Under the pieces are notes generated by a model, which searched no databases, was not told the origin of the DNA, and saw only the letters and a program-made list of their open reading frames with translations. Position numbers and translations under genes: made by a program. A stretch of 54,654 nt of DNA, filler included, from Jimgerdemannia flammicorona (lineage: Eukaryota): NCBI GenBank assembly GCA_003990765.1. It is 3 parts of 3 records of this genome, joined end to end, with 100 filler letters (N's around TTAATTAATTAA, not from the genome) between each part and the next. Parts side by side here need not be neighbours in the genome. Positions count along the whole stretch, not along the records: positions 18,254 to 36,404 come from RBNJ01002285.1; positions 36,505 to 54,654 come from RBNJ01002286.1; 1 more part is not named here. One strand, written 5' to 3'. Below, piece after piece: positions 25,346 through 39,195 of the stretch (position 1 is its first letter; each line of letters opens with the position of its first letter).

Positions 25346-28147
25346 TAGGTGAGATTGAAGGAGGTTACTAGGAATTACTGGGGTGAGGCCAGTAAGATGG
25401 CTAGAAGATAGTGACAGAGGTGGGTGGCCTAGGCCTCTGCTAGATTAGTCTGGCTTCAGGTGAATTGGGCAGATATTTTGACCTTAGAGGGTGTAAGCAA
25501 GACTAGAGATTGCTGAGCTACAACAGGTGTTGAAGGAGGAGAAGAAGGCCCATATATAAGAAATAGCTTCACAGCTGTCCTGGCATGGGCTGGAGAAGGG
25601 AAAGAGGCCCTCTATATATCTTTCAAGACTCCTATGAGCAAGAAAGGTGAGGCAATGGTGGTAGGGGGTACTGGGTTCTGATGGTCTGTTAGTATATGAT
25701 TTACAAAACATTTTGGACTTACTGAAGGAGAGGTAGAGCAGTTTATAGAGTGGAGAGGAGGGTGGGGTTGATGTAGCCACCATTGAACATACTTTAGAGG
25801 AGTGGCACATACTATAAGTGGATGGGCTAGACAATTTGGTATTGTCAGTTCAGAGAAGGAGATACTTCAGATTCTTGCCATGACTTCACTGAGCACTACA
25901 CCTAGCAAAGATGGTCTGCTCTGGGACTTCTGGAAGAAAATGGTGGGAGTTTCTGAAGTGCTGGGAGAGATAACAGTACTTTGTAACTTGATATTACAGT
26001 TAGAGAAGTGGGTGGGAGAGCAGGATATGGAGTTGGTAGTACTGCTATATAATGATAAGGGTAGTAGAGAGGATGGGAAGAACTGGCACCCAATTATGCT
26101 CCTGGATATGGACAGAAAGATAGTCACCCAGGTATTTGTGGCAAGGCTGCAGAAGGTGGCCCAGCAAGCTCTGGCTTATCAGAGATAGTATAGCTTGGAT
26201 TTATGATATTATTGAAGGAGCTCAAGCCTGTAGGCTGAATGGGAGATTGGTCTTTCTATATCAGGAGAAGATCTATGACTGAGTCCAGCAGCTTTGATTG
26301 GTAAGGGTACTGGATAGGATTAGAGTCCCCCAGTAGTTTCAAGTATCAATGATCAGTCTACTGGAAGGAAGTAGGGTGATACTCATGTGCAATAGTTATT
26401 AGGGGGTAGCATTCTCTCTAGATAGAGGTGTTCTCCAGAGGAACCCAATGTCCCCTATTTTGTATACTCTGTCCTTAGAGCTATTGATGGATAGAATTTG
26501 GTACAAGGTGGTGGAGCTCTCCATGTTTGGAATTGTCTGGAAGGTTGGGGCCTTTGCAGATGATATAGTGGTGGACCTTAGGTCAATTACTATTATAGGA
26601 GCCCTTCAGGAAACAGTGGAGTGGTATGAGGTACACTCTGGGGTGAAACCCAACTGACACAGTGTGAAACAATGATGTTAGACAATGGTCTGATGAGAGG
26701 GGATGTTATTGGAACAATTGTACCTACTGGAGATGCTGTGTAGTACTTGGGCATTTTCCTCTCTGTCTATGCCTAGAATTTGGTAGGAGCAGAGGGTGAC
26801 TAATTGGGGAGAGGCCCTGTAGAGCTAGAGAGACCACTATATCTTTTATGGGCTGGGTTTCAATCCTGAATATTTACTGGCTTCCAAAGCTGTGGTATTT
26901 GATATATTACTTAGGCTTTCCTCTCTGGGTGGTAAAGAGGCTTTTGAAGCTGGCCAAAGACTAGATCTGGGCTGGAAGAAGGAGTCAGATTAGCTGGGAG
27001 ATTCTGTCATTACCAGTGGAAAGAGAGGGTCTTAGGCTAGTTGACTTCCCAAAGAGGCTTTATTATCTATGAGCATAGTAGCTGAAGAGAGCTGTGGAAC
27101 TGAGGGGGAGTAGCTGAGTTCCTCTGATGCAAAAGGTCTGAGAGATGAGGTTTTCACCAAGGAGCTTGTCTGGGGATCTATTATCATTAGCTGAGCTCAG
27201 GAGTAGTGAATGCATGCAGTATAAGGGCTTCTGGTTGGGGATAGTTAATGGGGTACACTGTATTGATATTTGCTGACAGAGGGCTGAGAGAGAGATACCT
27301 TGGGGTCTAGCAATATAGAGATGAGATCATGTGTTGTTGGGGGGTACTCTGCTGATTGACTTCAATATTGATAATAGAGTTGAGTATTAGACAGGATACA
27401 TGGTCTAGTGACTGGCAGATGGCAGGTATTGGAAAGGAGTAAGACTGGAATGGAATCTGGACCTAGAGTGCAGAGATATAGTATTAGATATTATCTAAGT
27501 TCTGGGTGGTATAGTGGTACTTGCTGAGGAGAAATATCATGCTTAACTTTTGCTCTGACCACCTTGTGGAGGGGAGACAATTTGAGAGTGAGGAGTGCTA
27601 CAATATAGGTCAGAAAGAGGGTTTGTACAGATATCAGAATATTGGCTTGTGGAGTGTGAGATTCTTGGAGGCTTTTGGTTAGCAGTTAGAGCTTGACTGA
27701 AAGTTGTGAGAAGGGGGGTTGATGAGCAAGGTAGATAGGGAGACTTGAGAGATAAATTGGTGGGAAGAATTGGAAATAAGTAACTCATGGTTATATTGGC
27801 TTTAGCTATACAGGTGGGGCTGGCTGGACACTAGTTGTGTGTTTTTGAGGAGGGGAGATAATTGAGTTTAGGGGAGTAACTGACAAGATAATAAGGGTTG
27901 ATAGTAGATATCTTAATGGATTGGTGACTGGGATGGAGTCTGCAGAAGAGTCATCAGCAATACTTAGTAGAGAAGATTTTTGAGCAGAGTAGGGGGAGAA
28001 TTGTAGTAGCTGATGGTAAAGTAGTCTTCAAGTATGAGGGTGTGGAGGGGGGGGCCTCTAGGGGGATCAGGTTGGGGGCTGGATAGTGGGCTAGAGTACT
28101 GTATTTAAATTTGATAGACTAGTAATAAATAGTAAAGTCTAAGAGAC

Positions 28148-28184
<37 letters not shown>
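25346..28184 (+). mobile_element. 5'-truncated LINE (RT to 3' end) with (TA)n tail, inserted into the older minus-strand copy
   Basis: KNWHPIMLLDMDRK, LYTLSLE and KVGAFADDIVV motifs. Ends agtctaagagactata plus (ta)n. The host ORF1 sequence resumes in register after the tail. Confidence 0.85.
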
Positions 28185-28186
<2 letters not shown>

Positions 28187-29225
28187 AATTCTCTTTCTCC
28201 CCAGGCATCCTTTTTACTCTTAAGACCTTGTATTCTATCAGGTCCCACTTTAGCATTACTGGTCAGTTCTTCTCTTTCTCAGTATTCTCCTTTTCTATCA
28301 GCATCACCCTGATATTAACATTCTATATCCTGAACTCTATACCCTGTCAGACCAAGAAACTGACATCTACAATATCTCTATACTTTCTGATAGCATTAAC
28401 AACCAACCTCCTGGCCTTCTCTTTCTTTACTGTTAGCACAATAGCCTTCACTGGCTAAACTATCTGAGAGTTCTAGTATAAGCATTAAGCTATAGAGATT
28501 ACTATCTCCCTGACTATCACTCCTTTCTCCAATTCTCTCAGCATTAAATCCTCCTTCTCAAAGTCTACCTCCACTCTCTCCAGCCTCTTCAGAAACTTCA
28601 CTGATACTTCTCTCTTCACCTTTTGGGTCAGAAGCCTCAGAACCATTTTTGTATAACTACTAAGCCCCAGAAGTTCATATTGACTGTGAATTTAAATATC
28701 AATTTCTTGAGTAATGATAACACCACCAGGCCCACTATATCATCAGCTAAGTCTGCAGACCACATATCTCTCACTGTCTTAACCCTTTGTTAGCCATCAC
28801 ATCTGGATTTTTTTCCAGATTAGTAGATATTCCTCTATCAGGAGTCCCCCTCTCTCTCCCAGCTGCTACTCCCACAGCCCTTCCACTACTACTACTCTTA
28901 GCAGCCCCTCTCAGCCCTATAGTCCTCACTCTAACCTTGACCTTATCAGTGAAGCTTAATCTCCCAGTCTCTAATCTACCAGTGCCTTGTCTCCCATAAT
29001 TGTCAACCCCACATTCATCTGAATAAGAGTCCTACAGATTTTCCCCCAATTCATGGCTCCCCTTTACATACTATCATCCAAATACACCAGGGTCAAAAGT
29101 CTAGTACACTCATTTAATTGCTCATTAATTGCTTTGTTACTATCATCTTTTCTCTAAAAACAGTATTGAAAGTTTTGCCAGAAGTTTGTATAATCAGAAT
29201 AATACTAGAGAAATGTCTGCTTCTT
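28185..29225 (-). mobile_element. Older LINE copy, segment 2 (5' UTR and ORF1 N-terminal half)
   Basis: Homologous to 11800-12880 (NLEKNPDV, LLKK, FLKRLE). Confidence 0.75.
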
Positions 29226-29229
29226 ATAC

Positions 29230-32217
29230 TTCAATATCTTTCTACTTGATAAGTCTTCATTGTGGGCTTCCTGGATTACAGACATTGGGCCCAAGATTAT
29301 TACTTAAAGAGAGGGGGGTTTTACTATTAGAGATCAGTAACAAAGGCTGAAGTCTGATACTCAGTACTTTTGTAGAGAAGCTGAAATATTCAGAAGTCCT
29401 CAGTAGAGACAATATATGAGGTTGGCCTCACATAGATTGAAAAGGCTCTTGAAGGAGTAGGCCAGTCTACTGTAGGTTAAGAAAGTGGAGAACTGCTGAG
29501 TTCAGTATCCCAGGATAGAGGTAAAGCAACTCTAATTATTTCTGAAAGCAGAAGAAGGTGAATATGTGTAGGATATAGTGGCCAGGCTGAGATGGCAAGG
29601 TCTGGAGAAAGAGGATAGGTGACAAAGGTTCTGTTATGACTTCTTAGGGTCAGGAGAGTGAGGTAGTGCTGAAATAGTATAGATGAGAGTATGGAGTTGA
29701 TGGTAGAGACTTAGGATATCTTGGATCAGCTGAGTAAGTAGTAGAGAATACTGTAAAGTGAGGAGAAAGGTGGGGCAGATGTATCAGACATTGAGCAGTA
29801 TCTGGAAGACTGGTACCCAAGTTCAGTAGAGGGGCTGGGGGGCTGGCAGAGTTGGTTCAGAGGGATAAGATTCTTAAGGTCTTGGTGGAGACTAGTCTAG
29901 AGACATCACTAAAAGAGGATTAACTGCCCTGGAATTTCTGAAGATAGATGGCAAGAGTAGAGATAGGTTAGAGAGATATGATACATATGTGTGATCAGGT
30001 TATTGATTCAGAGAGATGGATAGGTGAACAGAAACTGGGTCTGGTGGCTCTGCTATTTAAGAATAAGGGTAGGAGAGAAGAGTAGAAGAATTGAAGACCA
30101 ATAATACTTCTAGATATAAATTGTAAGCTTATTATAAAGAACATTATCACCCAGTTACAGGGGGTGGCTCATAGAGGGCTGAGAGAGGAATAAAGGTGCC
30201 ATGTTGGAGGCTGCCTAATTTAGAATAGAATAGTATTAGTCTATAATATCATTGAAGGAACTGAGGCTATAAGAGTATATAGTAGACTGGTTTTTCTAGA
30301 CCAGAAGAGGGTGTATGATAGGGTATAGAGAGTGTGGTTGGATAAGGTACTAGAATATATTTGAGTTTCTTTAGGCTTTTGATTGTCTCTTATCAGTCTA
30401 TTGGAGGGGAGTCAGGTGGTAATCTATGTTAATAAATATAGGTAGGCATTATTTTCTCTAGGAAAAAGAGTGCTTCAGAGTGACTCATTGTTACCTATTC
30501 TTTATGCTCTCTCCTTGGAGCCCTTGCTGAACAGAATTAGGTGCAAGGTGAGAGAACTGATAATTCACAATATAAATTTAGAAGATGGCAGCCTTTGCAG
30601 ATTGTATGGTAGTTGGGCTGGACTTGGTAGGGAATGTAACTATCATAATAGAGCTGTAAAATAGTATGAAGGGTACTCAGAAGCCAAGCTCAACTGAAAT
30701 AAGTATGAGACTCTGGCTTTGTAGTAGATTGATTAGTGGGGACATAATCAGATCAATCATCTTAGTCAGAGAAGTAGTCCAGTATCAGGGAATTTATTTC
30801 TTGATATATAGCTCCTTATTGTTCAGACAGTAGAGAAAGCAAAAGCTAACAGAGTGGAAAAATACTCTCCTGGGCTGGAGAGGATGACATATCTTATTGA
30901 TAGGATGAGTGATGATACTGAATATATACTGGATGCCTAAGCTGTAATATCTGAGATATTATCTGAACTTTTCTATATAAGTAATAAAGAGACTTCAGAA
31001 GATGATCAGGTCTTAGATCTGGATCAGAAGGTGTGATAAGGTGGACTGAGATATTTTAATACTACTGGTGGTCAGGAGAGGACTTAGTCTGGTAGACTTC
31101 TCAAAATATTTGTTTTTTTTAAAAGTGTGGTAGTTGAGGAGGACTAGGGAGCTGAGAGGAAGAAATTAGATATCTCTTATACAAAAGATATAGGAGGCAT
31201 AATTCTCCTCCAGTGGAATATATGGTGACTTGCTTTTCTTAGTTATATAAGAGGGGAGCCATCATATGAGATATATGAGTTTCTTGTAGAGAGTGATGAA
31301 TAGGGTCCATTGGATAAGAATTTACTGATATAAAGAGAAAGGTGAGATAGTTTGAAGACCAGAGATGTGGAATTGCCTTCTATTGAGAGACTCTACAGTA
31401 GTTGACTTTAGGGTAGAGAATGGAGTAAAGTACTAATATAGAAAGAGAGGAGACTGGTGGCCAGAGAGTTGATAAGAGATAGATATTAGTAAGTTATAGA
31501 ACTGGGCAGATATCTGATCAAAGAGTATAATAGTATTGAGATAACTGTCATCTAAGTACTGTGTGATATAGTGGAAGCTGCTGTGGTAGAATATACTGCC
31601 AAACTTTATGTCAGGGCATTTGATTGGAGGAGGGTTGTTTGACTGTGAGGAGTGCTTTGATATAGGGCAGGAGAGTGGAGTAGTATAGACCCCTAAACAC
31701 TAGCTAAGCAATTGTAAGATACTGTCAGATTTCGGATTGGTAATTGAGAGCTAACCTGGAATATAGCCTGCAGAGGTAGAGGGGGTGGAAATGGGGGGGT
31801 CCTTTGGTTATATCTGGTGTGAGAGATTGGAAATAAATAACTTTTGATAAAGTGAGCCCTTACTGTTTGAGTTAAACTAACTAGATATTTACTATATATC
31901 TTTGAGAGTAGTCAGTAATTATTGTTAGAGATTAAGATAGTATAGTAGGAGTGATTTCTTTTAGAATTGTTAAATAGATGGTAGGTTGGGTGGAGACATA
32001 TTGGAGTCTTTACCAAGAGTTAGTAGAAAGGATATACATATATGAAGAGTAGAGTGAGGATTCAGATTTTTAGAGAGATATTTCATGAGAAAGTAGAGAG
32101 TAGATCCCCCAGGAGAATTAGATAAGAGTGAGGCATCTAATTATTAGAGATATATATATTGATAATAAATAATAGAGTCTATATAACTATATAAAAAAAA
32201 TTAAAAAAAAAAAAAAA
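29230..32217 (+). mobile_element. Decayed 5'-truncated LINE (ORF2) with poly(A) tail
   Basis: FLDQKRVYDRV and LYALSLEPLL motifs, C-terminal DCEECFDIGQE, A-tail at ~32192-32217. Confidence 0.8.
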
Positions 32218-35200
32218 TACTATCAATATGACAATATACAATAGTTCTGATAGACATACCAAATTAGATGTCCTAGAGCCTTTGGTTGCAGTTTGTCAGA
32301 AGGGGCTACAGTATAGAGATGGGTTTTTTCTGTAGTAAGAGTGGGCTGATCAGGTCTGATAAGAGTTTGCTATAGGATATAGGTGGTAGAGAACAGAGGC
32401 TTATGAGCTTTCCTGACAAAGTGATGGCTGGAAGTTGGGCTGAGAGTGCTTAGAGAAGCAAGTCTAGAGAGAGGGAAATAGTGAGCACTGTGAGAACTGG
32501 AGAGTTGGTACCTATCAGAGTGAGTGTAGGGGCTGATAGAGTAGTTAACTGAGGGTAGAGGTATATCTGCTGATGATCGTATGATATAGAACCTGGAAAA
32601 AAATTCAGATATAACTGCTAATAGCAGGGCTGAGTAAATGGAGTATGCTGGGAAGGTAGATCAGATATATAGATAATATAATAGGACTGGTAGTAACCCC
32701 ATTACTCAAGAAATCTATCTCTAAATTTGCTATTACTTTATATAATAGTAATGACTAAGATAGTCTTGGCCTTAATTATAAAGCAAATAACTGGTATAGC
32801 TTCAGTAAAGTTCATACAGAAGTTAGAGAGAGTTGAGGTGAATTATAAAGAGATAGGACTATTGGAGGAGGTCTTGAGGACTGGGTTAGTGGTTTGAGAA
32901 GTAGTGGTACTAATGGCTTAGTATTTGAGATGAGACCCTAGGATGGTTCACCTCCTAGTAAAAGGGGTATTCACTGTAACAGTAGTTGAGATAAGGAGGA
33001 GAGTGGAGGGGATTATAGTAGAGATGATATAGTAGATATTGGATTTCAGGTGTGAGAGGAGATCTTATTCAGAACTAGAGATGTGGTTGTCTGAATCCAG
33101 AAGAGATCTTTAGGAAGTCTCAAGTCAGGTCTTTAGTATTTATGCAAGATACTTTTATTTATAAGGTAGTAGGGTGAAGGAGAGTGAGGAGGAGGAGGAT
33201 GATCTGTTGAAGACTCTAGAGAAACTCAGTGGGATGATAGAGTGAAGAGCAGTAATATAGAGGACTTATAAAAGACTTGAAAGTTGTAAATAGAAAGAGG
33301 ATTCATATAGATAATATAATGTGAGAGAAGATACAAAGATAGAAGAGGCAGAGACGTTTATTGATAGATATGAAGAAGAGACCAGCAACTGGATTGAAGG
33401 GGATTTAGATAAGTTGAAGACCACTGATTGAGCTGGAGATAGAGCAGGAAAGAGGATTGTAAGTGTGGCAGAGAACAGAATTACAAGGAGTCAGCAACTC
33501 TATGTTGATGGTATGCTCAAGATTTAAGAAGAGAAAGAGGTATATAAGATAAGAGATATATAGTACTTGAGAGAGAAAGGGTCAGGAGAATGTAGAGATA
33601 AGAGGCATATAGAGGGTCTAGTTTGGGATATCTGATATGATGAAGATTGGGTAGGTGGTCAGAGTTGAGAAGGATGAGGTACAGAATATTCTATGGGAAA
33701 GATAATATATGTCTGCTAGACTGAGATAGATATCACCATCCTGAAGGAGAGGAGGCCTACAATTCTGGGGAGAAAAATTATTAGTAATTTGCACTAGATG
33801 AGTACCATAATAAATAAGTTGAATGCAGAGAAGCTAAGGAAGGTAGACTAATATATTATTATATAGAATATTGAGCAAGAGCATTGAGAGAAGATTAAGT
33901 AATTGAGAAATAGATAGTAGAGATTTTGATAGTATTTTAGGAGAAGAAAGGATATGAGATAGATATTATAAGAGATACTCAACTAGCAGTATCTGCTAGA
34001 GAGCATACTATATTCTAGTAGTGGTAGTATTATTAATTACAGCTCTAATAGCTCCTTTCTCTACTATCATACTCACAAGATTGGTAGATAATCTTCTGAG
34101 TCTCTTTTCCCTTATTCTACCTGCTCTATCTCAGATTGATTTGCTGAACCTACAAGGGCATAGTGGGAGGAAGACAATGGTAATGAGTTGTCCCTCTATT
34201 AGTGCTTTTTCTACTATTTCTGGTACCTCTGAATATATCTAGTATATACTCATTTTGGAATAGTGTCTTCTTCCTTTTGCTGTTATTAATAAGATATCAT
34301 CTGGATATATCATAAGATATATAGAGTATCAGCTGACCTTAGGTCTAAAGTACCAGTATAGTTACCTATAGGTTCTTGGTGTCTATGGTGGAGCTCTCTG
34401 AGCTTTGGTGAGCTTCTCAGCAAATATAGTACTGGTATAGGTAACTGCTTTTCAGGTAAGAGTAGGATGAGAGGAGAGATGGCCATTACAGATAAGAGTA
34501 AGAGTTACTATGGTAAATCAGTGAGGTATTAGACTGCAGGCAGTCATTAGGGTTGAGATGAGTACTATATCAGTAGGGCCTTCTAATTGGTACAGAGTGG
34601 TTAAGTGATAGGTATCACTCTTAACTACTTTTGATAATATATAGAATTGGACCCTGGTTGTTGGAGTAGTCAGAGGGCCCAAGGCTATCCAGATCAGATA
34701 TCTCAGCTATATTCAACTGAAATCAGAATCTGAGATAACAATATAATCAAGACCTGTAGACTTGAGTAGTAGAGTATTGGGGGTCTTCTCTCATCTTATA
34801 TATGAGTTCTCTACTTATCTTACTTGAGAGAACTAGGTCCTATTTACTGTTCTGTACTTTGATGGAGATTTTTCTTTATCTGTTACTTCACTTGAGATAG
34901 AAGGAGCTATATAAATCAGCTTTGATATAGCCTTATACATATGTTAGGATTTGAATATATATCTTTAATCATGGGCATATAGTTGTTTACTCTTTAGTGA
35001 TAGAAAGATCATGGTGTATAGATTAAAGTATGTGCTTTTATAAGATCTACTATACCTAATATAATTGAGCTGCTGAATAATAACTAGTTTAAATTAATGG
35101 AAGTATAGTACTTGTGTGGTGGTGGGGGAGGGTTTTGGCCTATATTATATAGATTCTCTTCTAATAAAAATCCACAGGACTTTGAGTCTAAAAAAAAAAA

Positions 35201-36140
35201 AAAAAAAAAAAAATTAATTATAGCTCTGATAGATAGCATATGAGAAATATAAGAAGAAAATAAAGAATAAAAATGATGAGACTTTTACTGAAATTCTGGC
35301 AGGATTAAATACTAAGGAGATTAAGGAGGAGGAGGCAATTGTCAAATATTGTCTAGACTTAACTTAAGAGGAGGTAAGTATGGAATTATAATAAAATTAT
35401 ACTACAATATACTAATATTTTCTCACTGAATATAAATTAACTGAGTGGCTCTGGAGAGTATCAAAACATTATTACTTAGCTTAAGGGTTTGGATGTGAAT
35501 CTTTTTTTATTATAGGATGTATATTGTAAGAAAGAGTTAAATAGACAGAAGTAGACAAGAGAATGGGGTGGTATGACTATTTCTTGAGACAAGATTGGGA
35601 TTCAGATATTGGGTGGCAAAGACAAATTTTGGATGATCAGAGATAGGAATAATCACTTGGTTTAGAGGGAGTATATTAGGCCAGTGTGGAAGCTAGTAGT
35701 AGTCAGCTCTTGTTATTATACAGTAATTAGGAGAAACTGAGTAGAGTAGATAGGGAGACTTTATAAGTATGATATGCTTGCTGAGACTAGTGTAGATATA
35801 TATACTTAGTGGAGACTTTAATATAGTAAGAATTGTACTCTTGAATAGAATAGGTAGAGAGAGATATATTGAAAGCTATAGTTGCAGTCTAGATATCTGG
35901 TAAGAAGTAGAGTATTTTAGTTATTTGATAAATACTGACAGAATAGTATAGAGAGATCAGATAGTCTATACCCATTAGATGAATAGACTTGGGACAAGAA
36001 TTGACTAGATGTTTTCTATCAACTATTGGGAAATAAATATTGAGCAACTTTGGAGATAAGGTAGTGCCCAAGGTCTGATTATTGGAGACTATTAGACTAT
36101 GGCTAGTTTGAAGAGAGTGAAGATGGATCTGAATATTGGC
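32218..36140 (+). mobile_element. Decayed LINE 5' half (ORF1 plus EN), interrupted by SINE-like copy 2
   Basis: ORF1 motifs (AFG, NLEKNSDI, PLLKK), then EN remnants from ~35390 (LFLL*DV, GDFN, IDEI, SD). Confidence 0.75.
34052..35213 (+). mobile_element. SINE-like retroposon, copy 2, complete with A24 tail and 19-bp TSD
   Basis: TSD ttaattacagctctaatag (34033-34051) / ttaattatagctctgatag (35214-35232). aataaa lies about 27 nt before the tail. Confidence 0.9.
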
Positions 36141-36235
36141 AACACACTTTCAAGTCGTTTATTGGAGAAAGGTACTAAGGCAATGGCAAACAGCAAGCTC
36201 GCCAACAACTCCCTCTGCCACGAGGGGTGATGCAC

Positions 36236-36404
36236 CCAGACGGGCAACACGGGCAACACGGGCAACACGGGCAACACGGGCAACACGGGCGGGCAAGACG
36301 GGCAAGACGGGCAAGACGGCAAGACGGGCGACATGGGCAAGACGGGCAGACGGCAAGACAGGCGACATGGGCAAAATGGGCAAAACGGGCAACAAGACGG
36401 GCAA
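36236..36404. repeat. CpG-rich 9-bp tandem repeat (acgggcaac/acgggcaag)n running into a gap
   Basis: Seen directly. Preceded by ~95 bp of undecayed non-LINE sequence. Confidence 0.9.
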
Positions 36405-36504
36405 NNNNNNNNNNNNNNNNNNNNNNNNNNNNNNNNNNNNNNNNNNNNTTAATTAATTAANNNNNNNNNNNNNNNNNNNNNNNNNNNNNNNNNNNNNNNN
36501 NNNN
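36405..36504. other. Assembly gap with artificial six-frame stop linker
   Basis: N44-TTAATTAATTAA-N44. Confidence 0.95.

Positions 36505-36542
<38 letters not shown>
36505..36542 (+). repeat. Poly(A) tract, probably the tail of a retroposon hidden in the gap
   Basis: A38 directly abuts gypsy integrase sequence. Confidence 0.6.
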
Positions 36543-36544
<2 letters not shown>

Positions 36545-38123
36545 GCACAGAATTTGTCAATAGATTCTATGAGATAATATATCAGAAATACAAGATTTAG
36601 CATATAAAGACCACTGTATACCACTCTCAAGGAAATGGACAGATAGAGAGAATCAATAAGACCCTCAAGAACATCTTGGTGAAGATCTCAGGCATATATG
36701 ACAATTGGGATAACTATCTCCCAACTGCCCTCTCTGTTCTATGAGATATATAGTCACAGAGTACACACTTTACCCCAAGAGAACTGCTCTTCAGAGAAGA
36801 AGATTCTGATGTAATCTCAGTTATAAATCTAGATCTAACTTGGAGACAGGTTGACTCAGAAATCTGGAGACTACACCAAATCAGGAAGAAGGCTGAAGAT
36901 TACAACATCAAGTCACAAATACTGATAAGGAAGAATGCAGAAAAGAATTACAAGACCCTAGAACTCATCCAAATCAGAGAAAAAGTCCTACTATATCAAA
37001 ATATGGTAGAAGCCTCATGGTCACAAAAACTGGAGCCCAAATAGAAAGGACCCTTTTATATGCAAGATATCAAGAGAATTACCTTCTGGCTTAGAAAACT
37101 CTCAGGGACTATACTGCCTACTATGGTATATAGGAACAGACTCAAGAAGTACTATGAACCTATATAAGAGAAGTAAAATGTGATGACTGCCCATGAGGTT
37201 CTAGTCTGTGAATTATAACAGCATGTCCCATGACCAGTAGGCAATCTGTCTAGACCATTCTCTAAGGGATATAATATCAGCAACTACTCATTTATGAGAC
37301 TTTCAAAGCCAGAGTAGTTTGAACTGTCAACTGATTGATCAAGATCAGAATCAGGCCCTTGCTCTTTATGAAGGAAGTGACCCTTCACTATCATGCCAAA
37401 ATATATAGAGAAGATACCAGCCCATAAATACCACTTTTCAACCTCCTGAAAATTAGTAAATTTTTCAGACTAGACCAATAAATAAGGATATTTAAGAGAA
37501 GATCCTTATTCAGGAGGAAGATGTAATGGTGACCTCAGAATGATGACATCAGCACAGGAGACAGTCTTTCCTTACAAGTTACTAGATTGGAGTACAGAAA
37601 GATTATACTGCATAACTCACTTAGACTATAAGATGAGCAATGATGACCAACCATGAGTTATTGTGATCACAAGACAGACATCTTGAGGAATATAAAAGAA
37701 GGATCAAGAAACTATAGTAGTAGTAATCCAAACAAGGCTCACAGAAATAGTTCTAAAGACTTACTACAAACAAAATATCTGCTACTTGCCAAACCTCAAG
37801 GTCCAGGAACCACCAAGACCCCTCAGTCTAGGAAAGGATATTCTAAGACATCTGGAGAGCCATGAGGACTCACATAAGAAGGACTCCTAGCCTTAACCTG
37901 AATACTGGTGATCCTTATCATTATATTCTCTATCACAACAAAATGGAAACAAGGATCACCATTGCTACCAAATACCTCTAGATATAACAGGAGTATGAAA
38001 TAAGAAACCTCCTCTGCTAGAAATTTCCTCAGGCCAGTCACCAAGAAATACAAGATGTCACTCTCATGGATATATATATATGAAATAAGAATAGCCAAGA
38101 AGATTTATCAGGTCTTTAGATAT
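36543..38123 (+). mobile_element. Older family A gypsy copy: integrase C-terminus, ORF3 region, PPT and first part of the 3' LTR (LTR starts 37522)
   Basis: Collinear with 44435-46010. PPT caggaggaaga is followed by tgtaatggtgacc. Confidence 0.9.
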
Positions 38124-38365
38124 TGTAATGGTGACCCCAGAATGATGACATCAGTATAGGAGACAGTCTTTCTTTGCAAGCCACCAGATCAGAGCACAAG
38201 AAGATCATACAGCATATGAGATGAGCAATGATGATCAACTGTAAGTCATTGTGACCACAGTACAAGCATCCTGAAGAATATAAAAGAAGGATCAAGGAAC
38301 TATAGTAGCAGCAATCAACAAGACCCACCAATCCCAAAATAGCTCAAAGACTCACTACAAAAAAA

Positions 38366-39178
38366 ATACCTACTGCCCATCAAACCTCAAGGTCAAGGAA
38401 CCACCAAGGCACCTTGGTTGAAGAAAGAATGTTCCAAGACATCAGAAGAGCCATGAGGACCCACTCAGGAAGGACTCCTAGTGTCAACCTGGGTACTGGT
38501 AACCCCTATTACTATATTCTCTACTATCGCAAAATGGAAACAAGGATCATTATTACCACTGAATGCCTCCAAATGTGGCAGGAGTATGAAATAGAAAACC
38601 TCCTCTGCCAGGAGTTCCCACAGGCCAGCCCTCAAGAGCTACAAGATGCCACTCCTATGGACATATATGAGGCAAGAATGGCTAAGAAGATCCATCAGAT
38701 ATTCAGGCATATACCATGGTTAATCCCCAACTTGGAGTATATTAGAGTCTCAGATTTCAGAGATCTGACATCCTGCTGTATCAATGCACTAGAAGCCAGG
38801 GTGGCTACAGAAGCCCAGTCTACTATCACTCTCAATAGTGATGAAGTAGAAGACTTCTGGTATTCCATCCTTCAGGACAACCCAGACCAATTCCTGCAAG
38901 GATTGATCTCAGTATTCCAAGGCCCAAGCATCCAGGTTAGACCTACCCAAGACCCCACATTTGTTCTCTATTTTGTAGAAGAGAACCTTATAGACTAGAG
39001 AGCTCCAGATCTCCTTATTCCCACCACTGCCAAATGTGATGATGTCATCAGCAATGACATCATTCTGCATGACCTATGTGACCTTGATGAAATGTTCGTG
39101 GACCTTATCTCCTTTGAAGATATCCTGACCTCTGACAAAAAGGATGAAGCCTCTATAGTCCTGAACATTCTGCTCTAA
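38366..39178 (+). pseudogene. LTR-internal gene of family A (~270 aa, unknown function)
   Basis: Open over 38366-38995. ATA at 38366 is ATG in the 3' LTR (45665), and TAG at 38996 is TGG in the 3' LTR. The terminal CTGCTCTAA is conserved in all three LTR copies. Confidence 0.8.
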
Positions 39179-39195
39179 GTCCCTTATTATACTAA

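Noticed and set aside
26541..26575. FADD instead of YADD in the LINE RT
   Set aside because: (Y/F)ADD is normal variation in non-LTR RTs.
36092..36460. ORFs with GQH, RAT, PVL or ARV repeats
   Set aside because: These are translations of the 9-bp tandem repeat.
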